DNA of 64,000 nt from Bacteroidales bacterium (GTDB taxonomy: Bacteria > Bacteroidota > Bacteroidia > Bacteroidales > JAUNSR01). The stretch's first letter is position 1. Every line of letters begins with the position of its first letter. The translations under genes were made by a program, and so were the position numbers. Under the pieces are notes generated by a model. It was not told the DNA's origin. It searched no databases and saw only the letters and a program-made list of their open reading frames with translations. The stretch is from contig JAVVQG010000015.1 of NCBI GenBank assembly GCA_036655355.1, forward strand, positions 7,406-71,405. Reading direction: 5' to 3'. Positions 1 through 9,985 of the stretch are shown here, in pieces.

Positions 1-87
1 CAGATGGAACCCCCTGCTTTGACTGATGTTACGAACCGAATCGCAGCAAAGGATTTCATATATCTGTTTGTTTGTTTTGTTTAATTC

Positions 88-1101
88 TTATTTCTGCTCT
101 TTGATACCGATCGCCTGAGTTGCCGTAATAGCTACCAGTTTGTAGATATCATCTACCGAACAACCGCGAGAAAGGTCGTTGATAGGAGCTGCGATTCCCT
201 GAAGGATCGGACCAACCGCCTCGGCACCGGCAAGGCGCTGAACCAGTTTGTAAGCGATGTTACCCACTTCAAGAGTCGGGAACACCAATACGTTTGCTTT
301 TCCGGCAACTTCACTTCCCGGTGCTTTGCTAGCAGCTACGGAAGCTACGATAGCGGCATCCGCCTGAAGTTCACCGTCGATCTGGATTGAAGGATCCATC
401 TCTTTCGCCAATTTAGTGGCTTCTACCACTTTATCCACCATCTCGTGTTTCGCACTACCTTTGGTAGAGAAGCTCAACATGGCAACGCGAGGTTCGATAC
501 CTGCGATTGCTTTTGTTGTGCGAGCAGTTGAAACAGCGATCTGTGCCAATTCCTGTGCATTCGGATTCGGAAGAACCGCACAGTCTGCAAACACCATGAT
601 ACCGTTGTCACCGAAAGATTTATCAGGCATGAACATCAGGAATGCACCCGAAACCACGCTTACTCCCGGCTGGGTTTTCACAATCTGGAATGCTGGACGC
701 AATACGTCGCCCGTTGCATTGGCTGCTCCGGCTACTTCACCATCGGCATCGCCGTTCTTGATCATCAGACAAGCCAGGAACAATGGATTCTCTGCTAGCT
801 TGGTAGCCTGCTCGATCGTCATTCCTTTGCTTTTGCGCAATTCGAAAAGAAGGTTGGCATACACCTCTTTCTTTTCGTTGTTGATCGGATCTACAATCGT
901 TGCTTTCGCCAGGTTGTTCAATCCGTTTGCTTCACCGAAAGCAATGATTTCTGCAGGATTACCAATAAGAATGATATCCGCAACACCGTCTCCGATTAGC
1001 TTATCAGCAGCTCTCATGGTACGTTCTTCTGTTCCTTCAGCAAGAACGATGCGCTGCTTGTTGCCCTGAGCACGCGCAATAATCTGGTTCATCAAGTCCA
1101 T
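88..1101 (-). CDS. pta: Phosphate acetyltransferase
   Basis: 337-aa ORF that looks like a full-length PTA_PTB family protein (N-terminal RIVLAEGTEERT, C-terminal INDLSRGCSVDDIY). The antisense ORF 416..1069 is a shadow ORF. Confidence 0.9.
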   Translation of the reverse strand: MDLMNQIIARAQGNKQRIVLAEGTEERTMRAADKLIGDGVADIILIGNPAEIIAFGEANGLNNLAKATIVDPINNEKKEVYANLLFELRKSKGMTIEQATKLAENPLFLACLMIKNGDADGEVAGAANATGDVLRPAFQIVKTQPGVSVVSGAFLMFMPDKSFGDNGIMVFADCAVLPNPNAQELAQIAVSTARTTKAIAGIEPRVAMLSFSTKGSAKHEMVDKVVEATKLAKEMDPSIQIDGELQADAAIVASVAASKAPGSEVAGKANVLVFPTLEVGNIAYKLVQRLAGAEAVGPILQGIAAPINDLSRGCSVDDIYKLVAITATQAIGIKEQK

Positions 1102-1219
1102 AGTGGATATTTATTTAAAGTTTCGTAAGTACTTAAATAGGTTGAGGAAAATAAAAAAGCATACCGTATTCAGGTTGCTTTTTAAAAGGACCGCTTGACC
1201 TGCGATTCTTAATTTAGTG

Positions 1220-1227
1220 CAAAAGTA
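1220..1227 (-). promoter_or_regulatory. Candidate Bacteroidota -7 promoter box (TAnnTTTG) upstream of pta
   Basis: Minus strand reads TACTTTTG, about 119 nt upstream of the pta ATG. This is a motif match only. Confidence 0.3.
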
Positions 1228-1309
1228 TAAATAATTGCAATATGGAGATAGCAATTAGGGATAAAAAAACGAAAGCGGAGATTACAAAAACAGATATTTC
1301 GATAAGAAT

Positions 1310-1339
1310 ATAAAATTTCGCTAAAAAGAAAGCGAAATT
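1310..1339 (-). terminator. Candidate intrinsic terminator downstream of waaA
   Basis: 9-bp perfect stem aatttcgct/agcgaaatt (1314..1322 and 1331..1339) with an 8-nt loop. It is followed on the minus strand by a short T-rich tract. Confidence 0.4.
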
Positions 1340-1505
1340 ATTGAACTGTAACCCCATTGAGTTAAATCCAATAATCTCGCTTAAATAATTTTAATAGCAA
1401 AATGCCATTATCACGTACTATTCTTCTCTTTTTTCAGATCAACTTCTTAGAGGCGGCTTGAGAAAACATCGAACCCGAATAATGTATGTAAACTCAAACT
1501 GCTTC

Positions 1506-2732
1506 TTAGAAAACTGCTTCCAGAATATGGCTGGTGGCTCCCGAATTATGGGCTACATAATACCCTGCCGTATCTCCTGCACTTTTCAAGAATGCCTGCT
1601 CTTGCTCAAACTGCGCCATCAGCGCTTTGAACTCAGCCGCATTTGCAATCGAAAAGGCTCCTTTGGCCGCGATCAACTCTTTCGCCTCACGGAATTTCTG
1701 ATAATTGGGACCGAAGACAACCGGAATGTCGTAGACAGCCGCTTCGAGCACGTTATGAATCCCCACACCGAAACCGCCTCCGATGTAGGCTAATTTACCG
1801 TAACGGTACACCGAAGACAACATCCCTATGCAATCGATGATCAAACAGCGCGCATCAGCGGGTACCTCATCGGTCAATTCGGTATAACGAACATAAGGCA
1901 TATTCAACTTCCGGATAATATCGCGGATATGCGATTCGTGTATCTCGTGCGGAGCTATGATCAGTTTCATATCCGGACGATTATTGAAATAATCGATCAA
2001 GATATCCTCATCCTTGGGCCATGAACTGCCTGCAACGAGGGTCAAGGGCGTATCCTTTACGAATTTCTCCACCAACGGAAGTTCTTTCGCCCCTTTCATG
2101 ATTTCACGTACCCTGTCAAATCGGGTATCGCCGCTTACGGATACCTTTTTGACTCCGATATTCCGCAACAATGCATAAGAGGATTCATCCTGCACAAAGA
2201 TGTGTTCATAAAGCGGAAGGAGGTTCCGAAAAAACTGCCCGTACCCTTTGAAGAAAATCTGATCCGGACGGAAAATCGCGGAGATCAGGTAAACCGGAAT
2301 GCCTCTGCTTTTCAATCCCAGCAAATAATTGGCCCAAAATTCATACTTGATAAAGAATGCCTTCTCAGGTCTTACCAAATCAAGAAAACGTTTTACACGG
2401 GAGGGCTCATCAAACGGAAGGTAACAGATCAAATCCGCGCCCTCATAGTTTTTCCGAACTTCATATCCCGACGGAGAGAAAAAGGTCAGCAGAATCTTAT
2501 ATTCCGGATGACTTTTGCGAATCTCTTCGATCATTGGACGTCCCTGTTCAAATTCGCCCAAAGAGGCTGCATGAAACCACAGATAGCGATCTTCAGGCTT
2601 ACGATTCTCACGAAGATAATCGAACACCTGTTTGTGCCCCTCGGTCATCTTCTGGGCTTTGGAATTCTTTAATGCGGCCAATTTCACAGCCGATGCATAA
2701 AAAGAGATCCCAACATTATATATTATTTTCAT
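1506..2732 (-). CDS. waaA: 3-deoxy-D-manno-octulosonic acid (Kdo) transferase
   Basis: 408-aa ORF. The N-terminal WFHAASLGEFEQGRP motif and overall GT30-like layout fit the family. It sits 15 nt downstream of the preceding gene. Confidence 0.85.
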   Translation of the reverse strand: MKIIYNVGISFYASAVKLAALKNSKAQKMTEGHKQVFDYLRENRKPEDRYLWFHAASLGEFEQGRPMIEEIRKSHPEYKILLTFFSPSGYEVRKNYEGADLICYLPFDEPSRVKRFLDLVRPEKAFFIKYEFWANYLLGLKSRGIPVYLISAIFRPDQIFFKGYGQFFRNLLPLYEHIFVQDESSYALLRNIGVKKVSVSGDTRFDRVREIMKGAKELPLVEKFVKDTPLTLVAGSSWPKDEDILIDYFNNRPDMKLIIAPHEIHESHIRDIIRKLNMPYVRYTELTDEVPADARCLIIDCIGMLSSVYRYGKLAYIGGGFGVGIHNVLEAAVYDIPVVFGPNYQKFREAKELIAAKGAFSIANAAEFKALMAQFEQEQAFLKSAGDTAGYYVAHNSGATSHILEAVF

Positions 2733-2747
2733 CTGATTAATGTCATA

Positions 2748-3800
2748 TCAAAACACAATGACTCGTTTCTGTTTCTTTTTTCCACCGTACGACTGATCGA
2801 TATGAAAGCGTACGAACAATTGTTGTTGCCGTTGCACCCGACCGTCGGCAAAATGGAAATTAGCTGAGAATTTACACTCCACAAATCGTTTTTTCAGGAG
2901 ATAAACGTAAACATCCAGCCTGTCGTAAAAAGAGAGACGATAGAAAGGGTCTCCCCGGTAAAGATATGACCCGAACTCGTTATAGAACGTAAACTGGTCT
3001 TTTCCTGCATACAGCAGGTTCTTTACACCCAAGATGCGCCATTCCGCGCCTATCTCTCCTAAAAATCCGGTAGGAACATGCCATGTTCCCACACCCCTGT
3101 TTCTATTTGCAGAGAGAAGAAGTCCCCCTTTCACCTGCAACGAATCCAGGAAAGTCAATCCGGAAAGGTTTGTCCCGAGATACGGATTGAACATCAGATT
3201 GTCAATCACATGGGTATTATCGGCATACTTAGCTTTGGCGAAATGATTCATCGAAAAGAACCACCCGGCAAAGGTGCGGCGATAGTTAAACTTACCGTCG
3301 GATGCGATGGTAAATATTTCCCGATGCGATTCGGTCTGTTTACTTCGCCAGTCTACATACATTTCGGCGTAACCCGCCTCGGCATAAAACTGAAGAAGTA
3401 CTCCGTTGATATTCGGATTAAAATAGAGTATCGAATCATATTGCATGGCCATCGGATACTCCTCCGCGAGTTGTCTGCGCGGAAAAGACCCGAAGGTTGC
3501 ATTCATTTTTTTACTTTTATACCGATAGTATACGGTCCAATCTATTTTTGAATCTTTCTCAGAACCGAATTCCGATATCCAGCTTAATCCGGCCATCAGC
3601 TGATGGTTTTCCCGGAATCCCACGCCCACTTCGGGAGAGAGCCGCGTACCGAAAAAGGTTTGCGGTATCTGGCAGGGCTTCGTGAATTCCCGGTTATCGA
3701 AGAAACCGAAAAAATCAAGATCCCACAGAAGCTGTTGTGCCTTTCCGGTAAAGGAGGCACAAAGAGATAGGATTAGGATTAAGGTTCTGATGCGTTTCAT
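2748..3800 (-). CDS. Secreted hypothetical protein, probable outer-membrane beta-barrel
   Basis: 350-aa ORF with signal peptide MKRIRTLILILSLCASFTGKAQQ, an aromatic-rich alternating pattern, and a C-terminal Phe. It abuts the gltX stop with no gap, so it is co-transcribed with gltX and waaA. I do not recognise a family. Confidence 0.5.
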   Translation of the reverse strand: MKRIRTLILILSLCASFTGKAQQLLWDLDFFGFFDNREFTKPCQIPQTFFGTRLSPEVGVGFRENHQLMAGLSWISEFGSEKDSKIDWTVYYRYKSKKMNATFGSFPRRQLAEEYPMAMQYDSILYFNPNINGVLLQFYAEAGYAEMYVDWRSKQTESHREIFTIASDGKFNYRRTFAGWFFSMNHFAKAKYADNTHVIDNLMFNPYLGTNLSGLTFLDSLQVKGGLLLSANRNRGVGTWHVPTGFLGEIGAEWRILGVKNLLYAGKDQFTFYNEFGSYLYRGDPFYRLSFYDRLDVYVYLLKKRFVECKFSANFHFADGRVQRQQQLFVRFHIDQSYGGKKKQKRVIVF

Positions 3801-5309
3801 TTAGATTGTTTCAACAGCTTTTCGGATGCGGGCTACAGACTCATCTTTGCCCAAAACCTCCGTAATGTCAAACATATGGGGACCTTTCGATTCGCCAACG
3901 ATTGCCAAACGGAAAGCATTCATGACGTTGCCAAGATGGTAACCTTTCTGCTCGATCCAGCCTTTCACGATTGTTTCGGTATTTTCAGCCGAGAAATCCT
4001 CAATCGCTTCCAATACGCCGGCTAGTTCGGTCATCTGCTCAGGCGATTCCGCTTTCCAGCGTTTCTTCACCACTTTCTCATCGTAAGAAACTGGAGCTAC
4101 GAAGAAGAACGAAGCCTGATCCCACAACTCTTTCACAAAATTCACACGCTCTTTCACAAGAGATACGATGCGAACCACTTTCTCTTTCGGTGCTTCCACT
4201 CCATGAGCAGCCAAGACAGGAGCAAAAAGATCAGCGATCTCTTCATTGCTCTTCATCTGGATGTATTTGTGATTGAACCATTTTCCTTTTTCATAATCGA
4301 ACTTCGCACCGCTCTTACTACAACGATCCAAAGCGAACAACTGAATCAGTTCATCCATGCTCATGATCTCCTGATCATTTCCCGGATTCCAACCCAATAG
4401 TGCCAGGAAGTTGATAACCGCTTCCGGAAGATAACCCGACTCACGGTATCCCGAAGAGATATCGCCGGTTTTCGGATCTTTCCATTCCAACGGGAAAACA
4501 GGGAAACCGAGACGATCGCCATCGCGTTTGCTCAATTTACCGTTACCGTCCGGTTTAAGCAACAACGGAAGGTGTGCGAATTCGGGAGCTTCCCATTCGA
4601 ATGCTCTGTAAAGCAAAACGTGAAGCGGTGCAGAAGGCAACCACTCCTCTCCGCGGATAACGTGAGACACCTCCATCAAGTGGTCGTCTACGATATTCGC
4701 CAAGTGATACGTAGGCAGCTCATCAGCCGATTTATAAAGTACTTTGTCATCGAGAATGCTTGAGTTGATCGTCACCTCACCGCGAATCAGGTCGTTTACA
4801 ACCACGTCTTCGTTCGGTTCGATCTTAAAGCGCACCACATACTGAGTACCGTTGGCGATCAGCGCGTCAACCTCCTCTTTCGGAAGGCTTAGCGAGTTGC
4901 GCATCTCCATACGGGTAGAAGCGTCGTACTGGAAATTCGCCACGTCGCTACGTTTCAAATCCAGTTCAGCCGGAGTATCGAATGCGATATACGCCTTACC
5001 GGCCTCCAACAACTGATTAACATATTTCTTATAGATGTCTCTTCGCTCCGACTGACGGTACGGCGCGTGATTTCCACCCACACCGACACCTTCGTCGATC
5101 TTAATCCCCAGCCAGTTCAACGATTCGATAATGTACTCTTCGGCACCCGGAACGAATCGCTGTGAATCAGTATCTTCAATACGTAAAAGCATATCCCCGC
5201 CATGCTGTTTTGCAAACAGATAGTTATATAGGGCGGTTCTGACGCCTCCGATATGCAATGCCCCCGTAGGGCTTGGTGCGAAACGCACTCTTACTTTTCT
5301 TTCTGACAT
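3801..5309 (-). CDS. gltX: Glutamate--tRNA ligase
   Basis: 502-aa ORF with class I signature [11 protein letters not shown] (HIGH) and KLSKR (KMSKS). Confidence 0.95.
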   Translation of the reverse strand: MSERKVRVRFAPSPTGALHIGGVRTALYNYLFAKQHGGDMLLRIEDTDSQRFVPGAEEYIIESLNWLGIKIDEGVGVGGNHAPYRQSERRDIYKKYVNQLLEAGKAYIAFDTPAELDLKRSDVANFQYDASTRMEMRNSLSLPKEEVDALIANGTQYVVRFKIEPNEDVVVNDLIRGEVTINSSILDDKVLYKSADELPTYHLANIVDDHLMEVSHVIRGEEWLPSAPLHVLLYRAFEWEAPEFAHLPLLLKPDGNGKLSKRDGDRLGFPVFPLEWKDPKTGDISSGYRESGYLPEAVINFLALLGWNPGNDQEIMSMDELIQLFALDRCSKSGAKFDYEKGKWFNHKYIQMKSNEEIADLFAPVLAAHGVEAPKEKVVRIVSLVKERVNFVKELWDQASFFFVAPVSYDEKVVKKRWKAESPEQMTELAGVLEAIEDFSAENTETIVKGWIEQKGYHLGNVMNAFRLAIVGESKGPHMFDITEVLGKDESVARIRKAVETI

Positions 5310-5337
5310 ATATTTATGAAATTTATTTCTAATGCGG

Positions 5338-5345
5338 CAAAATTA
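5338..5345 (-). promoter_or_regulatory. Candidate -7 promoter box (TAnnTTTG) for gltX
   Basis: Minus strand reads TAATTTTG, about 29 nt upstream of the gltX ATG. Confidence 0.45.
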
Positions 5346-5439
5346 CACCTTTTTTTGGCAATTTGCTCTTTGGCATTCCTTAATTCTTTGTGTATGATCG
5401 GCTTCATCGATTACCGGGCGAGCACCTCAAGTAATCTAC

Positions 5440-5640
5440 TCAGTCAATCTCCTCAAGCAGTTTTTTCAACTCCTCATCCGTTTTAAAGAGCTTCTCCTTA
5501 CAGATTCGAAGCAGTTCCACCGATCGGGCCGTATAAGCTTTCAGCTCATCGATCTCACACTCATTTCCTTGTAGTTTTCGAACAATATCCTCCAGCTCCT
5601 TAATCGCTTCGGAATAACTTTCTGTCTTCTTTTGTGCCAT
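5440..5640 (-). CDS. xseB: Exodeoxyribonuclease VII small subunit
   Basis: 66-aa helical ORF immediately downstream of xseA. The sequence is typical XseB (YSEAIKELEDIVRKL). Confidence 0.85.
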   Translation of the reverse strand: MAQKKTESYSEAIKELEDIVRKLQGNECEIDELKAYTARSVELLRICKEKLFKTDEELKKLLEEID

Positions 5641-5672
5641 AATTGATATGATAATAGCTTCTATTAAACGAT

Positions 5673-7064
5673 TTATGATTTGTATTTGAGGTCTGTTACA
5701 ATTGACTCGGCACTTCCGTCGGCCAACAGGGTCTGAATCCGATCGCCCCGCTTGAGTTCGGTAGCCGATTTCACCACGCGCCCGTTGACAACGGTAAGCG
5801 AATACCCCTTTTTGAGGATATTCTCGGGCGAAACCAGTTCGATCACCTTTTCGGTATTCTCCAATTCCCTTTTCGCCCGGTCCACCAACAACGGAACCGT
5901 ACTTTTGAGACGCTCACGAATGATCTCCAGTCGCATCTCCTGCGCCCGCACCAATGTCTGCGCCAGCCGGGGGATCTGTACCGATAAACGTTGCAGGTTA
6001 TTGCGTTCTTCCGATACCATCAGACGAATCCGCGAACTGAGTTGCGATTTCAACAACGCTTGTTGCGACACCTCACGATCGATCCGGTGACGAATCAGGT
6101 AAGGGATTGCCTCTGTGACGCTGTTCAATCGCTGTTTTTCGCGATCCACGCGCTCTTTCACCGTTTGATTGATGAGTTGTTGCAATCCCACAGTCGTTTC
6201 ATATGCCTCATCCATCCTGCCGATCAGAAACTCTGCGGCAGCCGTAGGGGTTTTCACGCGGGTATGGGCGATGGAATCAAGCACCGTCTCATCCCGCTCG
6301 TGTCCGATTCCCGTAATGAGAGGTAACGGAAACTGAGCGCAGTTGAGGGCCAACAGGTAACTGTCGAAACTATTGAGGTCCGAAGTGGCTCCTCCTCCGC
6401 GGATCAGCACCACCACATCGAACAGATCGCGGTGCAGAAAAATCTTATTTAACGCGGCGATGATGCTCTCTTCGGTTTGCGAGCCCTGCATCACCGCGGG
6501 AAACAAACGGGTATAGAACCGATAACCGTGTACATTGTGTTCGATCTGATTCATAAAATCACCGAACCCGGCGGCGGTGGCAGATGAGATGATTGCGATG
6601 CGATTCGGCAGGAGCGGTATTTCCAACTCCTTATTCATATCCTTCACACCTTCCTCTTCGAGCTGTCTGAGAATCTCTGCCCGATGACGCGCCATGTCGC
6701 CCAACGTATAGGTGGGATCGATATCGGAAACGGTAAGCGAATAACCGAAAAGCTCGTGAAACTCAACGGAGACCTCCACCAACACCTTGATGCCGGCTGT
6801 AAAGTGCTGTCCCGTCTGTTTCTCAAAATAGGGCTTGAGCAATTTCCAATTGGAAGCCCAGATGTTACCACGGGCCTTGGCGATGATGGTGCCCCGGCGG
6901 TTATCCTTTTCTACAAACTCCACATAACAGTGCCCCGAGGAGTAATTCTCCTTTACATCGCTCAGTTCGGCCCGAACCCAGTAGCGATCCGGGAAGCATC
7001 CCCTCAGGGCATCCTTCACGATGCCGTTAAGTTCGAAAAGCGATAGTTCATGAGAATGAGTCAT
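5673..7064 (-). CDS. xseA: Exodeoxyribonuclease VII large subunit
   Basis: 463-aa ORF with an N-terminal OB-fold region, a central RGGG-containing catalytic region (VLIRGGGATSDL), and a long C-terminal coiled coil. Confidence 0.9.
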   Translation of the reverse strand: MTHSHELSLFELNGIVKDALRGCFPDRYWVRAELSDVKENYSSGHCYVEFVEKDNRRGTIIAKARGNIWASNWKLLKPYFEKQTGQHFTAGIKVLVEVSVEFHELFGYSLTVSDIDPTYTLGDMARHRAEILRQLEEEGVKDMNKELEIPLLPNRIAIISSATAAGFGDFMNQIEHNVHGYRFYTRLFPAVMQGSQTEESIIAALNKIFLHRDLFDVVVLIRGGGATSDLNSFDSYLLALNCAQFPLPLITGIGHERDETVLDSIAHTRVKTPTAAAEFLIGRMDEAYETTVGLQQLINQTVKERVDREKQRLNSVTEAIPYLIRHRIDREVSQQALLKSQLSSRIRLMVSEERNNLQRLSVQIPRLAQTLVRAQEMRLEIIRERLKSTVPLLVDRAKRELENTEKVIELVSPENILKKGYSLTVVNGRVVKSATELKRGDRIQTLLADGSAESIVTDLKYKS

Positions 7065-8653
7065 CTGCGATTATGATTAATTCGTTGTGAATAAATAAAA
7101 TTCTCATTTCGGATGTTGACGATGTAAAGACCGTCTCCGAAATGATCCATATTGAATATATATTGTTCGCCACGGAAACGGGTCTTAAAGACGGGTATTC
7201 CCGAGGTGTTGAATATCTGTAAGTAAAACTCATCCGCACCCGGTGGAAGTCCCGTTATCCGCCACACGCCCGATCGCAACGGATAGGGAGTAATCTGAAT
7301 CTGATGGTCTCCCAACACGACATTGGTTCCCGTAGCATGCACAAAGGCTTGATACATATCCGGAACGCCGTAGCCGGTCAAGGAGTCAGGCGTTGCGAAT
7401 GAAGAGGAATTTTCGCGGATCAGAGACAACAACTCGTTGCTGTCCAAGTGGGGAAGCGACTGCCACAGACAGGTTACCAGTCCCGCCAGGATCGGAGCGG
7501 AGAAAGAGGTACCCGAAGCTTCCGATACGGTATTGCTCTCGTAAATCACATAGGCCGGATTGCCAAGAGCCATCACATCGGGTTTGACAAAGCCTTTGTC
7601 TGTGAAACCGGCTCCCGAAAAGTATGCGCAGGTACGGTCCGGATTGATTGCGCCCACGGTAAGAATGTCGGGACAATCCCCCGGAAAACCGAGACGTTCC
7701 CAATCTTCGGCACGTTCATTGCCGGCACTATTGACCACAACCATCCCTTTACGGGCCGCAAAAGAAGCTCCCCGAGTGATGTAAGCGGTTTTTCCGTCGA
7801 GTGCATCCCACGTATAGCTTTTCGCGGGAGCATCGAACTGACAATATCCCAAAGAGCTGTTGATCACATCAACGCCCACGCTGTCGGCAAACTCGGCCGC
7901 GGCAATCCAATAATCCTCCTCCACGGGAAATTCCGATGAAGAATCTTCCGACCGGAGCAACCAGTAAGAGGCGTTGGGAGCGCTACCCCACAAACGACTC
8001 TTATCGGAAGAGGCCATCGTTGATAATACCCGTGCTCCGTGCGGATGAGTGGAGAAGATATCGCTCCGGGGATCTACAAAATCACGCGTCCCCACCACCT
8101 GACGCAGCAGGTCGGCGTTTTTATCGATATTGAGAAATCCCGCATCGATAACCGCTACCACCATCCCTTCTCCCCGATATCCTGCATCATGAAGCAACTC
8201 GCCGTGGTGAATGAGAATCTGCTCGCGCATGAGATTCATCGAAGGCGCCAATTCCGCCTGTTCCTCTATGAAGAAGCTCTTTTGAACCTGATTCTCTTTC
8301 CATACCAACTCCGCTTTATCCACAAACGGAAACGCCTCAAACACATCCGTCCCGATTGAATCCTCCGTGCCGATCACCACGGTATTCATCCAGCGCGAAG
8401 TCGTAACCACCTCATATCCCCGTTCCCGAAGGAAAGAGAGATAAGAGGGGGAGACAGGTACGTCAGAGCCGTCTAAGCCGATGTGCTGACGGGCACGGCG
8501 ACTCAGAGCCCGCTCGGACAACAACTGTTCGGGATGCTCCAAAAGCGCCTCAACATCCGGTTTATCACTTAGGAAAAGCCGGTATTTATAGTTCGTCTGC
8601 GCTTGAATCGCCGAACCGGACAACAGGAGCAAGAGTGGTAAAAGTATCTTCAT
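7061..8653 (-). CDS. Subtilisin-like S8 serine peptidase with T9SS C-terminal sorting domain
   Basis: 530-aa ORF with a signal peptide. The D/H/S triad contexts are VAVIDAGF, HPHGARV and GTSFSAPILAG. The last ~75 aa (LQIFNTSGIPVFKTRF...GDGLYIVNIRNENFIYSQRI) look like a type A T9SS CTD. The stop overlaps the xseA start by 4 nt. Confidence 0.85.
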   Translation of the reverse strand: MKILLPLLLLLSGSAIQAQTNYKYRLFLSDKPDVEALLEHPEQLLSERALSRRARQHIGLDGSDVPVSPSYLSFLRERGYEVVTTSRWMNTVVIGTEDSIGTDVFEAFPFVDKAELVWKENQVQKSFFIEEQAELAPSMNLMREQILIHHGELLHDAGYRGEGMVVAVIDAGFLNIDKNADLLRQVVGTRDFVDPRSDIFSTHPHGARVLSTMASSDKSRLWGSAPNASYWLLRSEDSSSEFPVEEDYWIAAAEFADSVGVDVINSSLGYCQFDAPAKSYTWDALDGKTAYITRGASFAARKGMVVVNSAGNERAEDWERLGFPGDCPDILTVGAINPDRTCAYFSGAGFTDKGFVKPDVMALGNPAYVIYESNTVSEASGTSFSAPILAGLVTCLWQSLPHLDSNELLSLIRENSSSFATPDSLTGYGVPDMYQAFVHATGTNVVLGDHQIQITPYPLRSGVWRITGLPPGADEFYLQIFNTSGIPVFKTRFRGEQYIFNMDHFGDGLYIVNIRNENFIYSQRINHNRR

Positions 8654-8660
8654 CAGTTTG

Positions 8661-9761
8661 TTATTTTGATCTGTATTTCTTCATCTCTTTGATCTCGGCG
8701 ATAAGTCCTCCCGCTACCACCACATCGCCGTCATAAATAACAGCCGATTGTCCGGGTGTCACCGCTGAAGCGGATTCGGGGAATTCCACCAGGATGTGTT
8801 GCTCATCACAAGCCGTTACCTGAAACGGAATGGCCGCACTCCGGTAACGGATGCGCACCGTCAGGTTCTCACGTTCCAGAAGCGATGGATCGGGTATATT
8901 GCAACGCTTCATCAACATTTTCGAACTGATCAGCTCATCGGCCTTTCCCAAACGAATGGTGTTACGCGCCGGATTGATACGAACCACATAAGCCGGATAG
9001 CCCAATGCGATTTCGAGTCCTTTGCGCTGCCCGATCGTATAAAAAGGGAAACCTTTGTGCTTCCCGATTTTCCTACCCTGTTCATCCACGAAGTGTCCTT
9101 CGCCGATACGCGTGTCAATGTCGGGAACGTGGGTACGCAGAAAATCGCGGTAGTCTTTCTCTACGAAACACACCTCCATGCTCTCTTTCTTCTCGGCTTT
9201 CTCTCTAAAACCGCGTTCCAGCACATATCGTTTAATCTCCTCTTTCACCATTCCGCCAAGCGGAAAAAGTGTACGTGCGAGCTCCTTCTGTCCCAATCGC
9301 CATAAGAAGTACGATTGATCTTTTAAGGGATCCACCCCTTTGGCGATATGCAGTTTTCCGTTGACCTCTACAATACGGGCATAATGCCCCGTAGCCACGA
9401 AATCGCATTCCAAACGATCGGCTACCTCGAGCAGATAACGCCATTTGAAATAGAGGTTACACATCACACATGGATTTGGCGTACGCCCCTCCAAGTACTC
9501 TTTTATAAAATCGGCTACTACGGTATCCTTAAAATCGGAACGAACATCGAGCGTATGGTGCTCAATCCCAAGTCGGTTCGCAAGTTCCCGTGCTTCTAGA
9601 ACAAATGTCGGTTCGGTCTGGTTCTCTTTAAATTGCGAAGAGACGTCCCACATCCGCATGGTGAGCCCCACCACTTCATATCCTTGTTCAAGCAGCATCA
9701 TACATACGGCAGAGCTGTCCACTCCACCACTCATGCCGACCAATACTTTCTTTTTCTTCAT
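8661..9761 (-). CDS. mnmA: tRNA 2-thiouridine(34) synthase
   Basis: 366-aa ORF with PP-loop VGMSGGVDSS and a typical MnmA body. Confidence 0.9.
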   Translation of the reverse strand: MKKKKVLVGMSGGVDSSAVCMMLLEQGYEVVGLTMRMWDVSSQFKENQTEPTFVLEARELANRLGIEHHTLDVRSDFKDTVVADFIKEYLEGRTPNPCVMCNLYFKWRYLLEVADRLECDFVATGHYARIVEVNGKLHIAKGVDPLKDQSYFLWRLGQKELARTLFPLGGMVKEEIKRYVLERGFREKAEKKESMEVCFVEKDYRDFLRTHVPDIDTRIGEGHFVDEQGRKIGKHKGFPFYTIGQRKGLEIALGYPAYVVRINPARNTIRLGKADELISSKMLMKRCNIPDPSLLERENLTVRIRYRSAAIPFQVTACDEQHILVEFPESASAVTPGQSAVIYDGDVVVAGGLIAEIKEMKKYRSK

Positions 9762-9930
9762 TAGTTCTTTATTTTCCCGTTTTATCTCTTTTAATTGGAT
9801 ATCGTCCTAAAAAACAAGTCCGGAAGTTCTAATAGTTTATGATTGTATTCATAAAGCTATTAAAAGTTCCAGACTTATAAAATTATATTCACAAAGGAAC
9901 AACATTCCGGCTTAATAGACAAACGGCGGA

Positions 9931-9960
9931 AAAAGGACATCCCCCCTTTGCCAAGGGGAA
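9931..9960 (-). terminator. Candidate terminator downstream of the GH35 gene
   Basis: Hairpin cccctt/aagggg with a 4-nt loop at 9943..9958. On the minus strand it is followed by ATGTCCTTTTT. Confidence 0.4.
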
Positions 9961-9985
9961 ACCCGGTGAATATTTATTTTATCGG

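Noticed and set aside
1-59. Possible 5' end of a minus-strand gene downstream of pta (ATG at 59..57, MKSFAAIRFVTSVKAGGSI...). It is tempting to call this acetate kinase.
   Set aside because: Only 19 codons are visible, and they do not match the acetate kinase N-terminus I remember (MKxLVLNCGSSS). The fragment is too short to support any call.
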